NCBI GenBank assembly: GCA_963825065.1
Contig: CAWGRU010000004.1
Coordinates: 727,184 to 791,183, forward strand
DNA length: 64,000 bases
Source of the DNA: an uncultured Gemmatimonadales bacterium
GTDB taxonomy: Bacteria > Gemmatimonadota > Gemmatimonadetes > Gemmatimonadales > GWC2-71-9
Direction of reading: 5' to 3'
Below the pieces are notes generated by a model. The model was not told the DNA's origin and ran no database searches. It worked only from the letters and a program-made list of their open reading frames with translations. This document shows, piece by piece, positions 55,130-64,000 of the stretch. Position numbers and translations under genes: made by a program. Within the stretch, counting starts at the first letter, position 1. Each line of letters starts with the position of its first letter.

Positions 55130-56281
55130 ATGTCCCTGCCTTACATGATCCATCAGATCGGCGGAGAACGCCTCGAGGAGGAGTTGGTCCGCCACGGAGT
55201 CTCCCGCCGCCAGTTCCTGGAGTACTGCGGCAGCCTCTGCGTCGTGCTCGGGGTCGGCGAAGCGGCCGCGCCGAAGATGATGAAGGCGCTGCTCGCGCCG
55301 GGCCGGCCGCCGGTCATCTGGCTGCAGCTGCAGGAGTGCACCGGCTGCGTCGAGAGCGTGTTGCGCACCGGCGACCCCACCATCGGCGACCTGGTGCTCG
55401 ATCTGATCTCGCTCGACTACCAGCACACCCTGATGGCGGGAGCGGGTGACTCGGTGGAAGCGGCGAAGCAGGATTCGATGAAGGCCAACGCCGGGAAGTA
55501 CATCCTGCTGGTGACGGGCTCGATTCCCACCAAGGACGACGGCATCTACTGCACCATCGGCGGCCGCACCGCGCAGGACATCCTGGAAGAGGCCGCGAAG
55601 GGCGCGGCCGCGGTGGTCGCGATCGGCGCCTGCGCCCACTGGGGCAGCGTCCAGGCCGCGCGGCCCAATCCCACCGGTGCCGTGGGGGTGTCGTCGATCA
55701 TCAAGGACAAGCCGGTGGTCAACATCGCGGGCTGCCCGCCGATCGGGGACGTGATCACCGCGACCGTGGTGCACTTCCTCACCTTCGGCCGGCTGCCCAC
55801 GCTCGATCCCGAAGGCCGCCCGATGTTCGCCTACGGTGCGCGGATCCACGATCAGTGCTCGCGCCGCGCCAACTTCGACGCCGGACAGTTTGTCGAGGTG
55901 TTCGACGACGAGGCCGCCCGGAAGGGGTGGTGTCTGTATCACGTCGGCTGCAAGGGCCCGGCGACCTTCTCGCCCTGCCCGATCTTCCAGTGGAACGGGG
56001 CGACCTCGTGGCCGATCGGCGCGGGCCACCCGTGCCTCGGCTGCACCGAGCCCCACTTCTGGGACACGATGACGCCGTTCTACGACCGGCTGCCTGATGT
56101 CGGCGGGTTCGGGATCGAGCAGCGGGTGGATGTGCTGGGCGCCGCGCTGGCCATCGGCGCCACCGCCGGCGTGCTGGCCCATGCGGCCGCGACCGGCGTG
56201 CATCAGATGCGGGAACGGAAGCGCCAACTGCCTGTGGTCGAGACCCCGCCGAGCGGCGGCCCCGGCCCCTCGAACACCTGA
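55130..56281 (+). CDS. [NiFe]-hydrogenase small subunit, Tat-exported, with C-terminal membrane anchor
   Basis: Tat motif HGVSRRQFLEY, proximal cluster ligands LQECTGCVES, further Cys ligands, and a C-terminal TM helix. GGAGG lies 8 nt before the ATG. Confidence 0.9.
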   Translation: MSLPYMIHQIGGERLEEELVRHGVSRRQFLEYCGSLCVVLGVGEAAAPKMMKALLAPGRPPVIWLQLQECTGCVESVLRTGDPTIGDLVLDLISLDYQHTLMAGAGDSVEAAKQDSMKANAGKYILLVTGSIPTKDDGIYCTIGGRTAQDILEEAAKGAAAVVAIGACAHWGSVQAARPNPTGAVGVSSIIKDKPVVNIAGCPPIGDVITATVVHFLTFGRLPTLDPEGRPMFAYGARIHDQCSRRANFDAGQFVEVFDDEAARKGWCLYHVGCKGPATFSPCPIFQWNGATSWPIGAGHPCLGCTEPHFWDTMTPFYDRLPDVGGFGIEQRVDVLGAALAIGATAGVLAHAAATGVHQMRERKRQLPVVETPPSGGPGPSNT

Positions 56282-56296
56282 CGGAGGACGCGTACC

Positions 56297-58015
56297 ATGG
56301 CTGCGACCAAAGTCGTTGTCGATCCCATCACCCGGATCGAGGGGCACCTCCGGATCGAGGTGCAGGCGGAGAACGGGAAGATCACGGACTCGTGGGCATC
56401 GTCCACCCAGTTCCGCGGCATCGAGATCATCATGGAGGGGCGCGATCCCCGCGATGCCTGGGCCTTCACCCAGCGGATATGCGGCGTCTGCACGGTGGTG
56501 CACGCGGTGGCGTCCTGCCGCGCCGTGGAAGACGCCCTGGGGATCAAGATCCCGCCCAACGCCAACATCATCCGGAACCTGATCCACGGGATGCAGTTCA
56601 TCCAGGACCACGTGGTCCACTTCTACCACCTGCATGCGCTCGACTGGGTGGACGTGGTGAGCGCGCTCAAGGCCGACCCAGAGGTCACCGCGAAGATCGC
56701 CAAGTCGATCTCTCCGTGGCCAAACAACTCGGCCACCTGGTTCGCCGAGGTGCAGAACCGGGTCAAGAAGTTCGTGGCCAGCGGGCAGCTCGGCATCTTC
56801 ACCAACGGCTACTGGGGCCATCCGGCCTACAAGCTTCCGCCTGAGGTGAATCTCCTCGGGGTAGCGCATTACCTGGAGGCACTCGACTGGCAGCGCGACG
56901 TGATCAAGCTGCACACGATCTTCGGCGGCAAGAACCCGCACCCGAACTTCCTGGTGGGTGGCATGGCCTCCGCCATCAACCTGGACGACACCGGCACCAT
57001 CAACATGGTGCGGCTCTCGGAGATCCGGGACCTCATCACCAAGGCCCAGCGGTTCGTGGAGCAGGTGTACTGGCCCGACCTGGTGGCGATCGCCGGCTTC
57101 TACAAGGATTGGGGCAGCATCGGCGGCGGGGTGCCGAATTTCATGAGCTACGGCGAGTTCCCCGAGGGGGACATCACCGACCTCGACAAGCTGTACCTGC
57201 CGCGCGGCATCATCCTCAACAAGGATCTCAGCAAGGTCCATCCGTTCGACCCGGAGAAGATCCAGGAATTCATCAACAGCTCCTGGTACGAATACAGCGT
57301 CGGTGACGCGAATGGGCTCCACCCCTTCGAGGGCGAGACCAAGGCGAAGTACACCGGCCCGCCGACTCCATGGAAATACCTGCAGGGCGAACAGAGGTAC
57401 ACCTGGATGAAGGCGCCGCGGTATGACGGCCTGCCGATGCAGGTCGGGCCGCTGGCGCGGATGCTGGTGGGCTACGGCCACGGCCACCCGGAGATCCAGG
57501 AGATGGTCAAGGCCGTCCTGGACACCCTGAAGGTGGGACCGGGCGTGCTGTTCTCGACCCTTGGCCGGACCGCAGCGCGCGGCATGGAGACGGTGCTGCT
57601 GGCACGGCGGATGAACATCTGGTACGACCAGCTGGTCGCCCGCATCAAGAGCGGTGACACTCAGACCTTCAACAAGGACAAGTGGGACCCCTCCACCTGG
57701 CCCAGCGGCGAGGCCAAGGGCTTCGGCTGGCTCGACGCCCCGCGGGGCGGGCTCGGCCACTGGGTCAAGATCAAGAACGGGAAGATCACCAAGTACCAGT
57801 GCGTGGTGCCGAGCACCTGGAACTGCTCGCCGCGCGACACCAAGGGCCAGATGGGCCCCTACGAGGCGTCGCTGGTGGACAACCATCCGCTGGTACGGCC
57901 CGACCAGCCGCTGGAGATCCTGCGCACGATCCACTCCTTCGATCCGTGCATGGCCTGCGGGGTGCACGTGCTCGACGCCCAGGGCAACCTGGTGACGGAG
58001 GTGAAGGTCCAATGA
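56297..58015 (+). CDS. [NiFe]-hydrogenase large subunit (group 1 type)
   Basis: DPITRIEGH, RICGVCTVVH, and the C-terminal SFDPCMACGVH followed by a 15-aa extension (the protease substrate). Confidence 0.95.
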   Translation: MAATKVVVDPITRIEGHLRIEVQAENGKITDSWASSTQFRGIEIIMEGRDPRDAWAFTQRICGVCTVVHAVASCRAVEDALGIKIPPNANIIRNLIHGMQFIQDHVVHFYHLHALDWVDVVSALKADPEVTAKIAKSISPWPNNSATWFAEVQNRVKKFVASGQLGIFTNGYWGHPAYKLPPEVNLLGVAHYLEALDWQRDVIKLHTIFGGKNPHPNFLVGGMASAINLDDTGTINMVRLSEIRDLITKAQRFVEQVYWPDLVAIAGFYKDWGSIGGGVPNFMSYGEFPEGDITDLDKLYLPRGIILNKDLSKVHPFDPEKIQEFINSSWYEYSVGDANGLHPFEGETKAKYTGPPTPWKYLQGEQRYTWMKAPRYDGLPMQVGPLARMLVGYGHGHPEIQEMVKAVLDTLKVGPGVLFSTLGRTAARGMETVLLARRMNIWYDQLVARIKSGDTQTFNKDKWDPSTWPSGEAKGFGWLDAPRGGLGHWVKIKNGKITKYQCVVPSTWNCSPRDTKGQMGPYEASLVDNHPLVRPDQPLEILRTIHSFDPCMACGVHVLDAQGNLVTEVKVQ

Positions 58016-58776
58016 GCGCGCCCAAGCCCAAGCCGGCGACCCGCGCAATGCGCGGGTTCAGCCTGGCGCACAAGCTGCCGCCGCCGAGCGGAGACTATCA
58101 CTGGGTGTATCTCTGGGAGTGGCCGATCCGGGTGATGCACTGGCTCGCGGTGGCCTGCATCCTGGCCCTGGTCGTCACCGGCCTGTACATCGGCATGCCG
58201 TACTTCGTCGTGGGCGGCGACACCGCGCAGCACTACCTCATGGGCAGGATCCGGTTCGTGCACTTCGCGGCCGCGGCGGTGCTGATCGCCACGGCGATGG
58301 TGCGGTTCTACTGGCTCTTCGCCGGCAACAAGTTCGAGCGGCTGCCGGCGCTCTTTCCGGTGCGGGGGCGCGACTGGGTCAACATGTGGCGCCAGGTCAA
58401 GTACTACCTGATGATCCAGCCCGAGAAGGCGCCGCACTACCTCGGCCACAACCCGATGCAGCAGCTCAGCTACACCGGGATCTACCTCGCGGCCGTCGTG
58501 ATGGTGGTGACCGGCTTCGCGATGTACGGGCAGTCGAATCCCGGCGGCGTGATCTACAGCGCGACCAACTGGGTGGGCATGGTCTTCGGCGGCATGCCGG
58601 TGGTGCGGTTCGTCCACCACGTGCTGACCTGGATCTTCCTCGCCTTCATCCCGATCCACGTCTACCTGGCGATCCGGGCCGATCACCTGGAGCGCACGGG
58701 GGTCATCTCCTCGATCATCAGCGGCGGGCGGTTCGTCCCGGCCGACGAGCACTTCATCGATGCCGAAGATTCCTGA
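58012..58776 (+). CDS. Ni/Fe-hydrogenase b-type cytochrome subunit
   Basis: HyaC/HupC-like: WEWPIRVMHWL, four TM helices with conserved His. ATGA overlap with the large subunit. Confidence 0.85.
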   Translation: MSAPKPKPATRAMRGFSLAHKLPPPSGDYHWVYLWEWPIRVMHWLAVACILALVVTGLYIGMPYFVVGGDTAQHYLMGRIRFVHFAAAAVLIATAMVRFYWLFAGNKFERLPALFPVRGRDWVNMWRQVKYYLMIQPEKAPHYLGHNPMQQLSYTGIYLAAVVMVVTGFAMYGQSNPGGVIYSATNWVGMVFGGMPVVRFVHHVLTWIFLAFIPIHVYLAIRADHLERTGVISSIISGGRFVPADEHFIDAEDS

Positions 58777-59281
58777 CGCGGCCGGCCCATTGACGGTGGT
58801 CCTTGGCCTGGGCAACCCGCTCATGGGCGATGACGGGCTCGGGCTGGCGGTGCTCGAACGGCTGCGCAGCGACTGGGAGGTGCCGCCGGCGGTCGAACTG
58901 GTGGACGGCGGCACCTGGGGGATGAACCTCCTCCCCCTGATCGAGGATGCGCACCAGCTCATCCTGATTGACGCGATCCGCACCGGGGCGGCGCCCGGTA
59001 CGCTGGTCACCCTGGAGCGGGAGAACCTGCCGCGTTACCTCGCCCACAAGCTTTCGCCGCACCAGATCGACCTGAAGGAAGTGCTGGCGCTGGCCGAGCT
59101 GCGAGGCAACCTGTCGGAGGCGACGGTGGCGATCGGTGCGGAACCGGGCCTGGTCGAGCTCTCCATGAGCCTCACCCCAGCGCTCGAGGCCCAGGTGGAC
59201 GCCGTGGCGCAGCGGGTGGTCGACCGACTGGAGCAGTGGGGGCTCCGCTGCGAACCGAGGGCGGCGGTGACGGATGCATGA
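58760..59281 (+). CDS. hydrogenase maturation endopeptidase (HyaD/HupD/HybD family)
   Basis: VVLGLGNPLMGDDGLG...LILIDA...SPHQ. Confidence 0.85.
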   Translation: MPKIPDAAGPLTVVLGLGNPLMGDDGLGLAVLERLRSDWEVPPAVELVDGGTWGMNLLPLIEDAHQLILIDAIRTGAAPGTLVTLERENLPRYLAHKLSPHQIDLKEVLALAELRGNLSEATVAIGAEPGLVELSMSLTPALEAQVDAVAQRVVDRLEQWGLRCEPRAAVTDA

Positions 59282-59531
59282 GATGAGTCTCGCGCTCGAG
59301 GTAGCGCGGATCGTCGAAGGGCAGCTGGCGGCGCATCCCGGCCGCCTGCTGCGCATCGGGGTCGCGGTGGGAGACGACGCGGGGGTGGAGCCGGACAATC
59401 TGGCCTTCTGCCTCGAGGCGGTGCTCGCGCACCCGCCGTTCGCGGGAGCGACCGCGGTGCTGGAGCGGGTCCCCGGCGATGCGCTCCGGCTCAACTACCT
59501 GGAGGTGGACGATGGCCGTCCGGACGATTGA
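59274..59531 (+). CDS. hypA: hydrogenase nickel-insertion protein HypA, short form lacking the Zn-finger domain
   Basis: N-terminal MHEMSLALEV (Ni-binding MHE motif). It is 85 aa and has no CxxC...CxxC in any frame of 59440-59540. Confidence 0.75.
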   Translation: MHEMSLALEVARIVEGQLAAHPGRLLRIGVAVGDDAGVEPDNLAFCLEAVLAHPPFAGATAVLERVPGDALRLNYLEVDDGRPDD

Positions 59532-60183
59532 AGTGCGGGAGCGGCTGATGGCGCGCAACGACGAGCTGGCGGGCGTCGTGCGCGAGCGGCTCCGCGCGGC
59601 GGGTGTCACCTCATTCAACCTCGTCTCCTCTCCCGGCTCGGGAAAGACCAGCCTGCTCGAGCGCACCCTGGACGTGCTGGGTGAGGCGCTCGATATCGCC
59701 GTCGTCACCGGCGACGTGCAGACCCAGAACGACGCCGACCGGCTCGCCCGGCGGACCACCCGTCTGGTGCAGGCGGTGGTGACCGGGGGCGCCTGCCACC
59801 TCGACGCCAGCCAGGTGACGACGGCGCTGGACGCGATCGACCTGGCACGGACCCGGCTGCTGTTCGTGGAGAACGTCGGCAACCTGGTCTGCCCCGCCAC
59901 GTGGGATCTCGGCGAGCAGGCCAAGATCGTGGTCTTCTCGGTGACCGAGGGCGAGGACAAGCCCCTCAAGTATCCCAAGATGTTCCGCATGGCGCGCTAC
60001 GCGGTGCTCAACAAGATCGACCTGCTGCCCCATCTCGATTTCGACGTGGATCAGGCGATCGCCTGTGCCCGTCAGGTGAACCCGGAGCTGCAGTTCTTCC
60101 TGACCTCCGCCAGGACCGGGGAGGGACTCGACGAGTGGTTCGACTTCCTGCGCCAGCAGGTGCGGGCTCCCGCCCACGCATGA
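59512..60183 (+). CDS. hypB: hydrogenase nickel-incorporation GTPase HypB
   Basis: SSPGSGKTSLL, GGACHLDA, ENVGNLVCPA and LNKIDL. It has no N-terminal His-rich or CxxCGC segment. Confidence 0.9.
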   Translation: MAVRTIEVRERLMARNDELAGVVRERLRAAGVTSFNLVSSPGSGKTSLLERTLDVLGEALDIAVVTGDVQTQNDADRLARRTTRLVQAVVTGGACHLDASQVTTALDAIDLARTRLLFVENVGNLVCPATWDLGEQAKIVVFSVTEGEDKPLKYPKMFRMARYAVLNKIDLLPHLDFDVDQAIACARQVNPELQFFLTSARTGEGLDEWFDFLRQQVRAPAHA

Positions 60184-62483
60184 TCGCCATGCAGCCGTTC
60201 CCGCAGGCCGCCTGCCGCATCCGGGTGCGGGGCGTGGTGCAGGGCGTGGGGTTCCGGCCCTTCGTGCACCGGCTCGCCCTCCGTCATCACCTCGGCGGCT
60301 GGGTGCGGAACGCCTCGGGGCACGTGCAGATCGCGCTGGAGGGGGAGCGGGTCGAGATCCGGGATTTTCTGAGCGCGCTGCGGCTGGAGGCGCCGCCCCT
60401 CGCCCGGATCACGGAGGTCGCGGTCGAGGACGCCGAGATCGAGGGGCTCACCGACTTCGTGATCGAGGCGAGTGCGGAGGAGCCGGGTGCCCGGCTGCCG
60501 GTGCCCCCGGACGTGGCGATCTGCGCTGCCTGTGAGCGTGAACTCGACGATCCGCTCAACCGCCGCTACCGGTATCCGTTCATCACCTGCACCGATTGCG
60601 GGCCGCGCTACACCGTGATCGAGCGGCTGCCGTATGACCGTGAGCGCACCACGATGCGGGCCTTCACCCAGTGCCCCGCGTGCGCCGCCGAGTACCATAC
60701 GCCGGGAGACCGGCGCCACCACTCCGAGACCAATAGCTGCCCGGTCTGCGGTCCCGCGCTCTGGTACGAGGCGGGGGCCGAGGGCTGCGCGACCGCGACC
60801 GACCAGGGAGCGATCCGCGAGGCGGCGACGCTGCTGGCGGGCGGCGGCATCCTCGCGTTGCGCGGGTTCGGCGGGTATCACCTGGCCTGCGACGCGACCA
60901 GCGAGTCGGCGGTCGCCGAACTGCGGCGCAGGAAGCGGCGGGAGGCCAAGCCGTTCGCGGTCATGGTCCGGACGCTCGACGATGCCCGGGCGATTGCCGA
61001 GGTTAGTGACGTCGAGGCAACGCTGCTGGAGCGCCGCGAGCGGCCGGTGGTGCTGCTCCGGATGGCGGATGGTGCGCCCCTCGCGGTGTCGCTGGCCCCA
61101 GGGCTCACGACCGTCGGCGTGATGCTGCCGTCCAGTCCCCTGCACCTGCTGCTGCTCGAGGCGGTTGACCGGCCGCTGGTGATGACCAGCGGCAACCTGA
61201 GCGAGGAGCCGATCGTCATCGGGAACGCGGAGGCCCGCCGCCGGCTCGCGGTGGTCGCCGACGCCTTCCTCATGCACGACCGCGAGATCCTCTCGCGCAC
61301 CGATGACTCGGTGCTCCGCGTGGCCTCGGGGGAGCCGGTGTTTCTCCGGCGCGCGCGCGGATATGCCCCGCTCCCGCTGACGCTGCCGGTGGAGAGCCCT
61401 GTTCCCCTGCTCGCGGTGGGCCCCCATCTCAAGAACACCTTCACCGTGGCGCACGGCGCCACGGCGTGGGTGAGCCCGCATATCGGCGATCTCGAGAACC
61501 TCGAGGGACTGGAACACTTCCGCCACACGCTCACGGTCTACCGGCGGCTGTTTCAGATCGAGCCGGAGGCGGTGGTCCACGACTTCCACCCGGGGTATCT
61601 CTCGACCCGGGTGGCGCACGAGCTGGGTATCGCGACCACAATGGCGGTGCAGCATCACCACGCCCACATCGCAGCGGTCATGGCGGAGCATGGGGTCACG
61701 GCGCCGGTGATCGGCGTCGCCTACGACGGGACCGGGTACGGAACCGACGGCGCCGTGTGGGGGGCGGAGATCCTCGCGGCGGATCTCACCGGCTTCCGGC
61801 GACTGGCCCACCTGCGCTATGCCCCGCTGCCCGGCGGCGACCTTGCCGCCCGGAGGCCCTGGCGCGTTGCCGTCGGTTACGCCTCGCTCGACACCTCGGC
61901 CCGGCAGGCCTTCGACGCATTGTTTCGGCATGTGCCCGCCGCGGAGCGTGCCCTGGCCGAACGCCAGCTCGAGGCGCACATGAACGCGCCGCTGGCCTCG
62001 TCCATGGGTCGGCTCTTCGACGCGGCGGCGGCGGTGCTGGGGATCCGCGAGGTTTCCGCTTACGAGGGCCAGGCCGCGATGGAACTCGAGGCGCTCGCCG
62101 GAAACCGGATCGCGTCGGAATACCTCGTCCCCATCGAGGACGACGGCGCCGGGGGCTGGCAGCTCGATCCCATCCCGCTGCTCACCCGGCTGGCCCTGCG
62201 GCGGCAGCGGGGGGCCGATGTGAGAGACCTGGCCGCGGACTTCCACGCCTCCATCGCGCGGGCGACCGAGATGCTGGTCTGCCGTGCCGCGGAGCTGACC
62301 GGGGTCAGCACCGTCGTGCTCGCGGGCGGGGTCTTCCAGAATGTCCGGCTGCTCTCCTCGCTCCGCGCGCGCTTCGAAGCCCGCCGCTTCACCGTGCTGG
62401 CGGCGCGCGACCTGCCGCCCAACGACGGCGCCATCAGTTACGGCCAGGCGGCGATCGCCGCCGCGATGCTGACGCCCCACTGA
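60180..62483 (+). CDS. hypF: carbamoyltransferase HypF
   Basis: Acylphosphatase-like domain (VRGVVQGVGFRPFV), two CxxC-x18-CxxC zinc fingers, and YrdC- and Kae1-like domains. ATGA overlap with hypB. Confidence 0.95.
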   Translation: MIAMQPFPQAACRIRVRGVVQGVGFRPFVHRLALRHHLGGWVRNASGHVQIALEGERVEIRDFLSALRLEAPPLARITEVAVEDAEIEGLTDFVIEASAEEPGARLPVPPDVAICAACERELDDPLNRRYRYPFITCTDCGPRYTVIERLPYDRERTTMRAFTQCPACAAEYHTPGDRRHHSETNSCPVCGPALWYEAGAEGCATATDQGAIREAATLLAGGGILALRGFGGYHLACDATSESAVAELRRRKRREAKPFAVMVRTLDDARAIAEVSDVEATLLERRERPVVLLRMADGAPLAVSLAPGLTTVGVMLPSSPLHLLLLEAVDRPLVMTSGNLSEEPIVIGNAEARRRLAVVADAFLMHDREILSRTDDSVLRVASGEPVFLRRARGYAPLPLTLPVESPVPLLAVGPHLKNTFTVAHGATAWVSPHIGDLENLEGLEHFRHTLTVYRRLFQIEPEAVVHDFHPGYLSTRVAHELGIATTMAVQHHHAHIAAVMAEHGVTAPVIGVAYDGTGYGTDGAVWGAEILAADLTGFRRLAHLRYAPLPGGDLAARRPWRVAVGYASLDTSARQAFDALFRHVPAAERALAERQLEAHMNAPLASSMGRLFDAAAAVLGIREVSAYEGQAAMELEALAGNRIASEYLVPIEDDGAGGWQLDPIPLLTRLALRRQRGADVRDLAADFHASIARATEMLVCRAAELTGVSTVVLAGGVFQNVRLLSSLRARFEARRFTVLAARDLPPNDGAISYGQAAIAAAMLTPH

Positions 62484-62512
62484 CCACAGCGACCCTTCCC
62501 TCGGAGGTCACC

Positions 62513-62812
62513 ATGTGTCTCGGCATTCCCGGCCGTATTCTCGACATCAGCGACGATCGCGGCTTGCAGATGGGCATGGTGGACTTCGGCGGCGTCCGTC
62601 GCGAGGTGTGCCTCGCCTACGTGGCCCCGGAGGTCGCCGTGGGCGACTATGTCATCGTGCATGTCGGCTTCGCCATCACCAGGGTGGATGAAAGCGAAGC
62701 GCGGCGTACCTTCGAGGCGCTGAAGGAGATGAGCCAGCTCGAGGAGCTCGACTGGATGCGCGAAGTGGCCGAGCAGGGACTGGGCGGCACCTCCGCCGGG
62801 GGCGCCGCGTGA
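62513..62812 (+). CDS. hypC: hydrogenase assembly chaperone HypC
   Basis: MCLGIPGRI... with the N-terminal Cys2. Confidence 0.9.
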   Translation: MCLGIPGRILDISDDRGLQMGMVDFGGVRREVCLAYVAPEVAVGDYVIVHVGFAITRVDESEARRTFEALKEMSQLEELDWMREVAEQGLGGTSAGGAA

Positions 62813-63918
62813 AATACCTCTCGGAGTACCGCGACGGCACGCTGGCGCATGGACTGATCACCCGGATCCGGGCCACGGCGAGCCGGCGCTGGACGCTGAT
62901 GGAGGTGTGCGGCGGCCAGACCCACACCATCGTGCGCCAGGGCCTCGACGAGCTGCTGGGCGATGCCATCGAGATGATCCACGGCCCCGGCTGCCCGGTC
63001 TGTGTCACCCCGCTGGAGCAGATCGACAAGGCGCTGCTGCTCGCGGCGCGTTCCGACGTGATCTTCACCTCCTTCGGCGACATGCTGCGGGTACCCGGCT
63101 CGGAGTGCGACCTGCTGCAGGTGCGGGCCCGCGGCGGCAACATCCGCGTGGTCTACTCCCCGCTCGATGCGCTGGAGCTCGCCATCCGGACGCCTGACAA
63201 GCAGGTGGTGTTCTTCGCGGTGGGGTTCGAGACCACCGCGCCGGCGAACGCGATGGCGGTGTGGCGGGCGCGGGAGCTCGGGGTTCCCAACTTCAGCGTG
63301 CTGGTGTCCCATGTGACCGTGCCGCCGGCGATGACTGCCATCCTCGAGGCGCCGGACAACCGGGTGCAGGGATTCCTCGCCGCGGGGCATGTCTGCTCGG
63401 TCATGGGCTGGACGGAGTACGAGCCGATCGCGGCCCGCTACGCCGTGCCCATCGTGGTCACCGGATTCGAGCCGCTGGACATCCTCGAGGGAATGCTGCT
63501 GGCGGTGCGGCAGCTCGAGGAGGGCCGCCACGAGGTGGAGAATCAGTACGCCCGCTCCGTCCGGCGGGACGGCACCCCGCCGGCTCAGGAGCTGGTGCGC
63601 CGGGTGTTCCGCCTCACGGACCGGCAGTGGCGCGGCATCGGCACCATCCCGAAGAGCGGCCTGATGCTGCGCGAGGAATACGCCGACTTCGATGCCGAAG
63701 TGCGTTTCGGGCTGGAGTCGATGAGCGTCAAGGAGCCGGCGGAGTGCCGCGCCGGGGACGTGCTCCGGGGCAACCTCAAGCCCCGGCAGTGCCCGGCCTT
63801 CGGGACCCGCTGCACACCGGAGCACCCGCTGGGCGCCCCGATGGTTTCCTCCGAAGGCGCCTGCGCCGCCTACTACAACTATGCCCGGTTCCGCACCCCC
63901 GCGGCCCACGAGGGATGA
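62809..63918 (+). CDS. hypD: hydrogenase maturation factor HypD
   Basis: [20 protein letters not shown], and FEPLD.... Confidence 0.95.
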   Translation: MKYLSEYRDGTLAHGLITRIRATASRRWTLMEVCGGQTHTIVRQGLDELLGDAIEMIHGPGCPVCVTPLEQIDKALLLAARSDVIFTSFGDMLRVPGSECDLLQVRARGGNIRVVYSPLDALELAIRTPDKQVVFFAVGFETTAPANAMAVWRARELGVPNFSVLVSHVTVPPAMTAILEAPDNRVQGFLAAGHVCSVMGWTEYEPIAARYAVPIVVTGFEPLDILEGMLLAVRQLEEGRHEVENQYARSVRRDGTPPAQELVRRVFRLTDRQWRGIGTIPKSGLMLREEYADFDAEVRFGLESMSVKEPAECRAGDVLRGNLKPRQCPAFGTRCTPEHPLGAPMVSSEGACAAYYNYARFRTPAAHEG

Positions 63919-63922
63919 TCCG

Positions 63923-64000
63923 ATGACTGGCGTCCGATTCGAGGGCCCTTCCTGCGCCGTCCCGCTGGTCGAGACCGAGCGGGTGCAGCTGGGCCACGGC
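63923..64000 (+). CDS. hypE: hydrogenase maturation protein HypE (5' part only, runs off window)
   Basis: MTGVRFEGPSCAVPLVETERVQLGHG... matches the HypE N-terminus and sits in the expected position after hypD. Confidence 0.7.
   Translation, partial: MTGVRFEGPSCAVPLVETERVQLGHG

Noticed and set aside
54998-58048. 1016-aa minus-strand ORF (and the similar 802-aa ORF at 60072-62480)
   Set aside because: They are antisense to the hydrogenase structural genes and to hypF. They have no recognisable domains, and the composition is typical of shadow ORFs.

Overview
This is a 64-kb, very GC-rich bacterial chromosomal segment (well above 65% G+C by eye, not computed). It is about 90% coding and dominated by core functions.

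Left to right:
- a porin-like OMP (5' partial)
- a lipoate/pyruvate-dehydrogenase supra-operon: lipA, pdhA, pdhB, E2, a small OM beta-barrel, lpd, a membrane protein, lipB, then a sulfite-oxidase-like Moco enzyme
- an M20 peptidase and a TPR protein
- a decayed signalling locus: an EAL/HDOD remnant plus a frameshifted Ser/Thr kinase
- a DUF4097 protein
- a translationally coupled operon of HEXXH lipoprotein protease, PorV-like OMP and DUF2265 aminopeptidase
- hisIE, then dnaE-accA-PSP1-metG
- an M23 peptidase, then LemA-NTase-TPM
- a DsbA-like protein, a CPBP protease, waaA and small OMPs
- the F1 ATP synthase genes atpAGDC, and a ClC channel
- an rpoD-type sigma followed by mlaEFD-nudix-araC
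- a 6-tRNA array plus one isolated tRNA
- an AlkP-family enzyme, and an OmpA protein with six thrombospondin-type-3 repeats
- arsR-SRPBCC-doxX-trmO
- a membrane-bound group-1-type [NiFe]-hydrogenase locus: small subunit, large subunit, cytochrome b, endopeptidase, hypABFCDE (hypE runs off the window)

I saw no CRISPR array, transposase, integrase, phage or recognisable defence genes. I did not find a convincing new multi-gene system.

The best-supported leads are:
1. A recurrent promoter-like motif, TTGAC(A/T)-N17/18-TAGCTTG, in front of at least six or seven transcription units. Several genes also look leaderless. The sigma factor in the window resembles the FCB/Bacteroidetes type.
2. A perfect CRP/FNR-type palindrome (TGTGA-N6-TCACA) covers both -10 elements of the divergent atpA/ClC promoters.
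3. HypA lacks the entire zinc-finger domain.
4. A 14-nt identity to the 3' tail of 16S rRNA (a perfect extended Shine-Dalgarno on the other strand) lies in an orphan 330-bp intergenic region next to a CPBP protease.
5. Seven single-base indels disrupt five conserved genes, including a compensating +1/-1 pair inside hisIE. These are either consensus errors or real gene decay.

The taxonomic guess is an FCB-superphylum, Gemmatimonadota-like organism. It rests on the short ATP synthase epsilon, the sigma type and the OMP types, is inference only, and needs a database search.
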